Source of the DNA: Candidatus Saccharimonadota bacterium
GTDB taxonomy: Bacteria; Patescibacteriota; Saccharimonadia; Saccharimonadales; Saccharimonadaceae
Direction of reading: 5' to 3'
Length of the DNA: 64,000 nucleotides
Assembly (NCBI GenBank): GCA_017514045.1
Contig: JAFWLS010000024.1
Coordinates: forward strand, 14,705 to 78,704
The position numbers and the translations under genes are program-made. This document shows positions 29,173 through 36,746 of this stretch, one piece after another. Below the pieces are notes generated by a model. The model was not told the DNA's origin, made no database searches, and was given only the letters and a program-made list of their open reading frames with translations. Position 1 is the first letter of the stretch. Each line of letters opens with the position of its first letter.

Positions 29173-29222
29173 TCAAATCCAGTCAGCTCATATATAATAG
29201 TTATTAACTAAACGGAGGAAAT

Positions 29223-30188
29223 ATGAGCCGATTCGACGAACAATACCTTGATCTCTGCGACAAAATCTTGCGCGAAGGAGAACGTGTCATCAATTACAAA
29301 GATAAGACCGACACTGCTCGCAGTAAAAGAACATCGCTGACTATGCCTAATCATATCGTCCAGGCTAGGGAACAATCAGCAACTATTCGCATCCCGCACT
29401 ACTTTCTTGAATTCGACCTTGAGGAAGAGTTTCCAATTCTAACGACCAAATTCGTCGCCTTCAAAACCGCTGTTCTTGAAATGCTCTGGATTTGGCAAGT
29501 GCAATCCAACGATGTTGGATGGCTCCACGACCGTGGGGTAAAAATATGGAACGAATGGGAAGTTCCAGAGTCTGGCATATATATGGGGCGCGATTTTAAA
29601 AAATTATACAAAGAAAAAGGTCTCAATGAGAACCCTGTTGGCACTATCGGTACGGCCTATGGTTGGGTTGTTAACCGCTATCAGCTCGTTCAGAGCTTGA
29701 TTGAGACACTCAAAAACGATCGAACCAACCGTCGCATGGTCATGTCGCTCTGGCAAAACGAATGGATCCCGACCGCTACCTTGCCATCATGCGTATGGAG
29801 TAACGAATGGATTGTGTCGGGAGATCGATTAAACCTCATGGTTCATTCGCGCTCCAATGACGCTCCGCTCGGTCTACCGTTCAACATTTCTCAATATGCT
29901 GTACTACTTGCTATGATCGCGCAGAGCGTTGGCCTCAAGGCCGGCAAAATGTCGTTCACGATTAACGATGCGCACATTTACGAAAACCAAATTGACGGAA
30001 TCAAAGAACAGCTACGTCGTCGCGATGAAATACTAAAGACCCAGGGCAAAATGTATGATGCTCCGAAACTTTGGCTTAACCCCGAGATTAAAGATTTCTT
30101 TGAGTTCGATAACAGTAAAGAGTTGAACGATATCAAACTTATCGACTATCAGCACCAAGGGAAAATTAAAATGCCAATTACGGCCTAA
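29223..30188 (+). CDS. thyA: thymidylate synthase (ThyA, long form)
   Basis: RRMVMSLWQ, catalytic LPSC, RSNDAPLGLPFNI, DAHIYENQ. SD ggagga upstream. Confidence 0.92.
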   Translation: MSRFDEQYLDLCDKILREGERVINYKDKTDTARSKRTSLTMPNHIVQAREQSATIRIPHYFLEFDLEEEFPILTTKFVAFKTAVLEMLWIWQVQSNDVGWLHDRGVKIWNEWEVPESGIYMGRDFKKLYKEKGLNENPVGTIGTAYGWVVNRYQLVQSLIETLKNDRTNRRMVMSLWQNEWIPTATLPSCVWSNEWIVSGDRLNLMVHSRSNDAPLGLPFNISQYAVLLAMIAQSVGLKAGKMSFTINDAHIYENQIDGIKEQLRRRDEILKTQGKMYDAPKLWLNPEIKDFFEFDNSKELNDIKLIDYQHQGKIKMPITA

Positions 30189-30199
30189 AGGAGATTGAG

Positions 30200-30691
30200 A
30201 TGTCCTTTTCGATAATAGCCTGCATCGGAAAAAACCGCGAGCTCGGGAAAGATAATGGTCTCATCTTTCATTTTAAAGATGACATGAAGTTTTTTCGCGA
30301 AACAACACGCGGTCACACGGTTGTTATGGGTTCTAATACATGGAAATCTCTCGGAGAAAAACCACTCCCTAACCGCCAGAACCTTATACTGTCGCGTAAG
30401 GTGATTCCTAACCTTCCAGAAAATGCCGCTCAGGTTGTCAATTTAGACACGTTCATTAAAGAGCATAAAGATTCGGGCGAAGAAATATTTATTATTGGTG
30501 GAGCTTCAATTTATAAATTATTTTTGCCGTATGCGCGCACTCTATACCTAACAGAAGTCAACGCGACAAAAGAAGCCGACGTGTTTTTCCCAGAATTTAA
30601 TAAGGAAGACTATGATCTAACTACGCTTAATTCAATTACTGAGAACAAAATAAACTTTAATATTAACAAATACACTAGAAAGGAAGACTAA
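30200..30691 (+). CDS. folA: dihydrofolate reductase
   Basis: IIACIGKNRELGKDNGL...FRETT.GHTVVMGSNTWKSL...IFIIGGASIY, the DHFR pattern. Confidence 0.9.
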   Translation: MSFSIIACIGKNRELGKDNGLIFHFKDDMKFFRETTRGHTVVMGSNTWKSLGEKPLPNRQNLILSRKVIPNLPENAAQVVNLDTFIKEHKDSGEEIFIIGGASIYKLFLPYARTLYLTEVNATKEADVFFPEFNKEDYDLTTLNSITENKINFNINKYTRKED

Positions 30692-30692
30692 T

Positions 30693-32069
30693 ATGTCAAA
30701 AGATCCAGTTTTTGACCTCATCAAATCCGAAGAGACCCGCCAGAAAGAAGGTCTTGAACTTATTCCTAGCGAGAACTATGTCTCCGCAAACGTCTTAAAG
30801 GCTGCCGGTTCTGTTTTGACTAACAAATATTCCGAAGGATATCCTAGCTTTGAAGGGATTTCTGGTGACCCTAAAGAATATTGGTCAGAAGAGAAAATTA
30901 CGGACGAGAAACTTGCTAACTACCGCTATTACGGCGGCCAAGACAATATTGATAAAATCGAACGCCTTGCTATTTCGCGCGCCTGCAAGTTATTTCATGC
31001 CGATCACGCCAATGTTCAGCCACATTCTGGAGCTAATGCGAACGAAGCTGTCTATTGGGCATGGTGCGAACCTGGTGATACTATTCTAGCCATGTCTCTT
31101 CCGGCCGGCGGTCATCTCACTCATGGTGCCAAGGTTACACGCTCTGCACATATCTATAATTTTGTCGGCTATGGTGTTGACGAATCCGGCGATATTGATT
31201 ACAAGGAGCTCGAGCGCGTAGCTATTGAAGAACAACCTAAGATTATTCTTATTGGCTACTCTGCTTTTATGAAAATTCCTGATTTTGATCGCGTAGCTAA
31301 GATTGCTAAGAAGATCCCAGGATGTCTCTTGATGGCGGATATGGCACATGTAGCCGGGCTTATTGCCGGCGGAGTTCATCCAAATCCATTAGACCATGGC
31401 TTCCACGTCATGACCACCACTACCCACAAAACCCTTCGCGGTCCACGCGGCGGTCTAATTCTGTCCAAGGGCAATGTTGCCTCTCCACTAAAGAAACCAG
31501 AGCATACTATTGAAAACATCCCAATACTTATCGATCGCGCTGTATTCCCAGGTACTCAAGGCGGACCGCTAGAGCATATCATCTCTGCCAAGGCCGTAGC
31601 GTTTGGCGAGGCGCTCCAGCCAGAGTTCAAGGACTATGCAAAGGCAATCGTCAAGAATGCCAAGACTTTGGCGGACGCGCTCAAAAAAGATGGCTTTGTT
31701 CTCCAAGGTGATGGCACCGAGAATCATCTCGTACTTGTTAATATGGTTAAAAGCTTTGGCATAGATGGCAAGTTCTTTGAGCGCGCTCTCGATATGGTTG
31801 GCTTAAATCTTAACGCGAATTCGCTCCCGACAGATAAAGGCGCTGCATTCCGCCCGTCAGGTGTTCGTCTTGGTACTCCCGCCATCACAACGCGTGGTCT
31901 AGGCGTAGAAGAAATGAAGCAGATTGCTAGTTGGATGCGTCGCGTTGCCGACATTTGCGTAGGGTTAGGCACCGAAGATCGTCTTGCTGAAGCTGCCGAA
32001 GAATTAGGCAAGATTCGTGCCGAAGTTCGCACCCTTGCTCTCAAATTCCCGGTCCCAGGAATAAGATAA
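30693..32069 (+). CDS. glyA: serine hydroxymethyltransferase
   Basis: LELIPSENY, NVQPHSGANAN, TTTTHKTLRGPRGG (PLP lysine). It carries an insertion inside the EGYP..RYYGG motif. Confidence 0.95.
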   Translation: MSKDPVFDLIKSEETRQKEGLELIPSENYVSANVLKAAGSVLTNKYSEGYPSFEGISGDPKEYWSEEKITDEKLANYRYYGGQDNIDKIERLAISRACKLFHADHANVQPHSGANANEAVYWAWCEPGDTILAMSLPAGGHLTHGAKVTRSAHIYNFVGYGVDESGDIDYKELERVAIEEQPKIILIGYSAFMKIPDFDRVAKIAKKIPGCLLMADMAHVAGLIAGGVHPNPLDHGFHVMTTTTHKTLRGPRGGLILSKGNVASPLKKPEHTIENIPILIDRAVFPGTQGGPLEHIISAKAVAFGEALQPEFKDYAKAIVKNAKTLADALKKDGFVLQGDGTENHLVLVNMVKSFGIDGKFFERALDMVGLNLNANSLPTDKGAAFRPSGVRLGTPAITTRGLGVEEMKQIASWMRRVADICVGLGTEDRLAEAAEELGKIRAEVRTLALKFPVPGIR

Positions 32070-32072
32070 ATA

Positions 32073-32081
32073 TGGTATAAT
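32073..32081 (+). promoter_or_regulatory. extended -10 box TGGTATAAT for tRNA-Ala(CGC)
   Basis: Starts 4 nt after the glyA stop and ends 8 nt before the tRNA 5' end. Confidence 0.55.
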
Positions 32082-32089
32082 AAAGTGGT

Positions 32090-32165
32090 GGGGTAGTAGC
32101 TCATCTGGTAGAGCGCAGCATTCGCATTGCTGAGGTAGTCGGTTCGAGTCCGATCTACTCCACCA
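32090..32165 (+). tRNA. tRNA-Ala (anticodon CGC), CCA encoded
   Basis: Acceptor GGGGTAG/CTACTCC with G3:U70. Anticodon arm CAGCA-TTCGCAT-TGCTG. T arm GTCGG-TTCGAGT-CCGAT. Confidence 0.9.
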
Positions 32166-32217
32166 TCCCGGTTATAAAACTATTTTCAACTATTTCGTAA
32201 TCTACAATGTTTATTAA

Positions 32218-32247
32218 ACCCCTCGTTAGTATAGAGGGATATTTTTA
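32218..32247 (+). terminator. intrinsic terminator after tRNA-Ala
   Basis: ccctc, a 9-nt loop, gaggg, followed by atattttta. Confidence 0.55.
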
Positions 32248-32333
32248 TATTATTTTTGCGACAGAAAATGACAAAAATTGTATTTTAACTCCTTAATCTT
32301 GTCTGTCAAATCCCTAACAATATGGTCAAAAAA

Positions 32334-33239
32334 TTAATTGACTTTATTAATCGGGTCATCAACAGCAGAAAGCATCGATTGCACCCAAATTTCGAACATT
32401 TTCTCAAGAGATTCCTGAGTATAGTAGGCATTATGTGGGGTGACAAAAACATTGCCCTTATATTCTTTGCTCAAATCATCACTTTCAAAGGCAACGCCAC
32501 CAAGTTTACCATCTTCCACCATTTGCGCCATTCTTAATGCCACATCTTCAAAACCATTCGCTACAATAATCACCTTCGCTCGAGGATTAAACTTCGATAA
32601 ATCATCAAACAAAGCGAGGCTATCTGGATTCTTCGAAATCGTGATAAACATATACTCACTTTTATTGAGCATTTTGTCGAAATCTAGATAATGATATTCT
32701 GGATCGTTTTTGTTATGAGAATAATAGCAGATTTCATCACGGCCGATAATCCCATCCAACTTCTTCGCGAGCGCGTGACCAATTGCTCCAAAACCAATTA
32801 TGTCTGTCGGTTTACCATACATGTCTTCGCCGATAAACTCTTTATCCCAATTCATTTTGCCTTCTTTTTCAAAAAGAGGAAATTTCTTCGCGAGGGCTAG
32901 AGCCATCATTACGCATTTTTCTGCAACGGAATTTGTTGCATAGTGTGGTACATTGGTAACGACAATGCCTTTTTCAGAACAATAAGCGCAGTCTACCCAC
33001 TCGTAACCAGTTGTTTCTAGGCAAAGGGCTCTTATATTTGGTATTTTATCTATGGTTTCGTTCTTAAATTCCCAACCTACGATATCTGGATCTATGGCGA
33101 TTACTTTCTCACTCTCGTCATTAAAAAGAAGCTCATACTCTGGTTCTTCTAGAATAATGACATCCTCAAATTTTTCATTCAAAAGACCTTTTTGTTCGGC
33201 AGTCAAATCATTTTGTCGGCAATAAATATATAATTTCAT
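32334..33239 (-). CDS. D-isomer-specific 2-hydroxyacid dehydrogenase family protein
   Basis: NAD-binding IGFGAIGHALAKKL and a C-terminal ...FVTPHNAYYT catalytic-His region. SD ggaaggag upstream. Confidence 0.8.
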   Translation of the reverse strand: MKLYIYCRQNDLTAEQKGLLNEKFEDVIILEEPEYELLFNDESEKVIAIDPDIVGWEFKNETIDKIPNIRALCLETTGYEWVDCAYCSEKGIVVTNVPHYATNSVAEKCVMMALALAKKFPLFEKEGKMNWDKEFIGEDMYGKPTDIIGFGAIGHALAKKLDGIIGRDEICYYSHNKNDPEYHYLDFDKMLNKSEYMFITISKNPDSLALFDDLSKFNPRAKVIIVANGFEDVALRMAQMVEDGKLGGVAFESDDLSKEYKGNVFVTPHNAYYTQESLEKMFEIWVQSMLSAVDDPINKVN

Positions 33240-33348
33240 ATAGCTCCTTCCAATGAATTATACCATTTTTGATATAAAACTTCTTCGTACACTGTTAAAA
33301 CTTGGCTTAGTGAGCCCCACCATCTTTATTGCAATATTTTTGGAGTCT

Positions 33349-33357
33349 TGTTATAAT
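33349..33357 (+). promoter_or_regulatory. extended -10 box TGTTATAAT
   Basis: Followed 7 nt later by ATG 33365 of a 20-codon ORF, and about 90 nt later by the 33447 gene. Confidence 0.5.
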
Positions 33358-33446
33358 ACAACCCATGTCAGAATTCTCTGGCAAGTTTTTTAAAATGAGA
33401 GTGAAGCCGATCAGTTTTGTTCTATAAAAAAACAGGAGGGAATGAT

Positions 33447-34022
33447 ATGACAAAAATTGCTCGCTTTGGTGAAATTGGCAACTGGAGAAAGTCCCTTGAG
33501 GATATCAGCATGGGAAATGAAGATGCTAAGAACCGCTTTTTCTACAGATGGGCCGAACGACCAGTCCAACTCTCAGAAGGTTTTTTCTTCGAAGATTATC
33601 CTGCCAGCAAAAAGTTCGATGATGGCGATATAGTCATCGAAGAAATTATGCGTCAAGTCGACTCGATGTTTGTCGGGGGATCTATTCAGCTTAAGCGTGA
33701 GTATCTAGCGAAAGAAGGTTTCCGCGCCTACTTGCTTGATAGATTCAAAGATCCAGGCTTTCTGCACCACTGCGTCTTCTGGGATTTTGGCAACGATCCT
33801 ACAGCTATCGCTTTCGAATGGTTTCATTTCCGCGGCGAGAATCAGCTCCGCCTGGAAATGCTTCGTGGCAAAATCTTTTGGCCGCAAGTTGCCGATGCTG
33901 ATCAGTCTCCGTGGAAACACCTAGTTGACCTATATCACGACCGAATCAAACACTATCAGGAAGATGATCCTGGCTGGAAGTTATTTGTCAAAGTTCTCGG
34001 CTGGCCACCAACACTCTCTTAA
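33447..34022 (+). CDS. hypothetical cytoplasmic protein (191 aa, Trp/Phe-rich)
   Basis: ATG 33447 lies 8 nt after AGGAGGG. No motif recognised. An intrinsic terminator lies downstream. Confidence 0.6.
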   Translation: MTKIARFGEIGNWRKSLEDISMGNEDAKNRFFYRWAERPVQLSEGFFFEDYPASKKFDDGDIVIEEIMRQVDSMFVGGSIQLKREYLAKEGFRAYLLDRFKDPGFLHHCVFWDFGNDPTAIAFEWFHFRGENQLRLEMLRGKIFWPQVADADQSPWKHLVDLYHDRIKHYQEDDPGWKLFVKVLGWPPTLS

Positions 34023-34028
34023 ATCTTT

Positions 34029-34057
34029 AACCTCAAGTTTAGGCTTGAGGTTTTTTT
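34029..34057 (+). terminator. intrinsic terminator
   Basis: cctcaag, a 6-nt loop, cttgagg, followed by T7. Confidence 0.75.
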
Positions 34058-34102
34058 ACGCCTTTTGTATAATAAGGATAAGTAAAAAGGAGGTTAAGTA
34101 GT

Positions 34103-35056
34103 TTGACCGCTGCTTTAATTAAACAGACTCGTATTACGATTCTTTTGTCCTTGAACGCTGCCGCTATCCTGATTGCTGGCATACTAATTTCTGCTTCCAT
34201 TTGGGGAGGTAATCTCGAATTTCGTGCGGTTTCTGAACGCTCTGACGAGATTACTGATGCTATCGAAGAAACAGAGCTTATTGGCTCCGTTTCTGATAAC
34301 TCTGACGGTAAAACTATCTCCAGTGCCGATGGCGTCACGTACCAAGTTGCGCCAAACGGATGGATTTCCTCAGACCCAGTCTCTAGAGGGGAATTATGGA
34401 ACGAAACCTCTATCACTATTTATCGGTCCGCCGACATTGATATTTGTGTAGGAGGGAACCAGTCTAATCTAGGCAGTATGTACTGGCAATCATCAAATCA
34501 AGACGTAATCTCAGGATTTTATTCGACCGCGCGCACATGGTTAGGCTATTCGTCTGACGTGTGCCGTTACCCGATTATAAAAGGTACAGGTACAACTACT
34601 GTCACAGCGGGCACTTACGATGGCCTCCGTCATGACTCTATCACCGTCACCGTCGTGGATGTTCCGAGCGAACAATGGAAACACGATGTACTAAGCCTGG
34701 TGAACGAAGAACGCACCAAAAACGGCATAGCGCCGTTAGAGTGGGGGACTACCTGCGAAGCTGGCGCCGCTGTGCGCGCTCGAGAACTCATGACAGATTA
34801 CTCACACATTCGCCCAGACGGGTCATCATGGGAAACTGCCTGTCCTATACCGGATTCCGGTGGTTCTAGCGGCGAAAATCTGATGGCCGGTAACTCAGCA
34901 GTGTCTCCCAAAACAGTTATGGCGGCCTGGATGAACTCTCCCGACCATCGCGCCAATATTTTGAGTCCGAATTTTACAAAACTGTCAGTCGGTTTTATCT
35001 TTGATCCAGAAACAAAATACAAGACCTATTGGTCGCAGTTCTTCTCGACCTACTAG
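34103..35056 (+). CDS. membrane-anchored CAP/SCP/PR-1 superfamily protein (YkwD-like) with an Ig-like domain
   Basis: TTG start after aaaaaggagg. N-terminal TM. CAP domain motifs VNEERTKNGIAPL...GENLMAG...AWMNSPDHRANIL. Confidence 0.75.
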   Translation: MTAALIKQTRITILLSLNAAAILIAGILISASIWGGNLEFRAVSERSDEITDAIEETELIGSVSDNSDGKTISSADGVTYQVAPNGWISSDPVSRGELWNETSITIYRSADIDICVGGNQSNLGSMYWQSSNQDVISGFYSTARTWLGYSSDVCRYPIIKGTGTTTVTAGTYDGLRHDSITVTVVDVPSEQWKHDVLSLVNEERTKNGIAPLEWGTTCEAGAAVRARELMTDYSHIRPDGSSWETACPIPDSGGSSGENLMAGNSAVSPKTVMAAWMNSPDHRANILSPNFTKLSVGFIFDPETKYKTYWSQFFSTY

Positions 35057-35274
35057 TCTTGTGAATTGCTATCGCCGTTTCCTGCAGGAATAGTTTTTAT
35101 TACAGATGGGTTGTTGACTTCACGATTCTCGGGCTTAATAATCGTCAGCCTGAGAAAAGCAAAAGTCGCTATCGCCACCAGTATCATTACTAGTGTGTCA
35201 AGCAAAATCGATCTTATCTTACTAGACTTACTGGGCTTATTTATCTCGCCTGATTCAGTCGGTTGATGAACCAT
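35053..35274 (-). CDS. small single-TM protein (73 aa), speculative
   Basis: TM LLDTLVMILVAIATFAFL. The start overlaps the 3' end of the CapA-like gene by 34 nt, and the stop overlaps the convergent CAP gene stop (CTAG). Confidence 0.35.
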   Translation of the reverse strand: MVHQPTESGEINKPSKSSKIRSILLDTLVMILVAIATFAFLRLTIIKPENREVNNPSVIKTIPAGNGDSNSQD

Positions 35275-36707
35275 TCTATCTCCTCTTCATTCATTATACG
35301 CGTTTGATAGCTTTCGTCATAGACTGTTCCGAACCTTTTTGTTTGGAGCAGTTTACCGTTCCAGAAATAATGCGTGAGCCCCAGGCTTCTCGTTGTCCCG
35401 GGCCACCAGATTTGGTCAAAGAAAATATTTCCAAGTCCATAGTAGATCTCGCCGTCATTATAGCGCTCGTATGTCTGAGTCTGGTGAGCACTAGTGCCAA
35501 CAACAATATCTGCGCCCATATCAATCAGACTTCTAAACAACCCCACCTGGTCGCCAGGTGCGGAATCGGCTCTATCGCACGTAGTATTCTCATTAGCATC
35601 ATCATAGAAGTTGCATTCATTAAATTGCACATCTACGATTACAAAATCGCCTCGGTTCTTAGCTTCTGAGATTCGCGACTTGGCATTATCTTGATAATAT
35701 TGATTCGCTCCTGGCGTCTCGCCAAGCGTCGCTCCACCTGTGCTCTGGTTGTATGCCAAAAACGTAATATTTGTCCCTTTTTGGGAGATTCTGAGCGGTA
35801 CTTCGGCCTCTGAAGCTGTTCTGCCACCACCAACGGTTTTAATACCAAGCTCCTGGTATTTTTCAAAAGTAGAGATTGCATCATTAGCACCACAGTCGAC
35901 GTTATGATTACCAGTTAGCTCAACAATATCTAGTCCGATATCTGTTAAAGTATCTAAAAACCGCCAATCCGAACAAATATTATTCACGCTCGCATAATTA
36001 GAAAAACTACTTTCATTGCTCGTATGCGTAAGGTCAAACCGTTTCAAATAACCTGAGATTTTCTCTGAGAAATACTTTCCGTTTCCAACCTGAGCTATCT
36101 TGGCATTCATATTGCGGCTTAACGCCGTTATGCCAGTCTGGGTGAACGACAAGACGCTTTCTTTTTTAGGGAAAACTTGCATTAGTGGTCTAATCAGATC
36201 TTTTATCGTGCTTACATCTTCTGAGCTTTCGCCCTCAATGTGCAAATATCTATACTTTGCGCCCTTATCAAAACCGTCTAGCCAATAAGCATTATCAACC
36301 GCCAACAGTTTTTGTTTCTCGTCCAGACTTAGCACGGATATTAAGCCTTCTTCGCTTGTTAGTCTTCTTTCGAATTCTTCTTCCGTAATAGATTCCTTCG
36401 ATTCATAAAAATCTGCTATCGGCACCACTATATCGATCAAAAAATCATTTGTATTCTCATTATATTCATCATAATATTCGGAAATTTTTACATCCTTATC
36501 GAGCTCGATATCCGTCAATAATTCTGAGTATTTCTGCGCATCTCGCACGTCATCATCAATCGTCAAAACACCAGGTACCTTAAAGATACCCGTTTTCAGA
36601 TAAAACTGTACGCCGAAGAAAACCAAACAAGCGCTGAGAAGAAAACATACCACCCCTATCACAAGTTTTTTCATTACATTTCTCATCATAGCATTTTTGG
36701 GTCTCAA
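35241..36707 (-). CDS. CapA/PGA_cap-family metallophosphoesterase-like protein, membrane-anchored
   Basis: VELTGNHNVDCG, ADIVVGTSAHQTQ, YYGLGNIFFDQ. The true start may be an internal ATG (MKKLVIGVVCFLL at about 36674). Confidence 0.75.
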   Translation of the reverse strand: MRPKNAMMRNVMKKLVIGVVCFLLSACLVFFGVQFYLKTGIFKVPGVLTIDDDVRDAQKYSELLTDIELDKDVKISEYYDEYNENTNDFLIDIVVPIADFYESKESITEEEFERRLTSEEGLISVLSLDEKQKLLAVDNAYWLDGFDKGAKYRYLHIEGESSEDVSTIKDLIRPLMQVFPKKESVLSFTQTGITALSRNMNAKIAQVGNGKYFSEKISGYLKRFDLTHTSNESSFSNYASVNNICSDWRFLDTLTDIGLDIVELTGNHNVDCGANDAISTFEKYQELGIKTVGGGRTASEAEVPLRISQKGTNITFLAYNQSTGGATLGETPGANQYYQDNAKSRISEAKNRGDFVIVDVQFNECNFYDDANENTTCDRADSAPGDQVGLFRSLIDMGADIVVGTSAHQTQTYERYNDGEIYYGLGNIFFDQIWWPGTTRSLGLTHYFWNGKLLQTKRFGTVYDESYQTRIMNEEEIEWFINRLNQAR

Positions 36708-36734
36708 AAACTAGTAAAAACACAGGTTTTTTTA

Positions 36735-36740
36735 TATAAT
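36735..36740 (+). promoter_or_regulatory. -10 box TATAAT directly abutting the GH97 ORF (leaderless layout)
   Basis: TATAAT-ATGCTT-ATG, the same ATGCTTATGG string as at the eno start. Confidence 0.45.
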
Positions 36741-36746
36741 ATGCTT

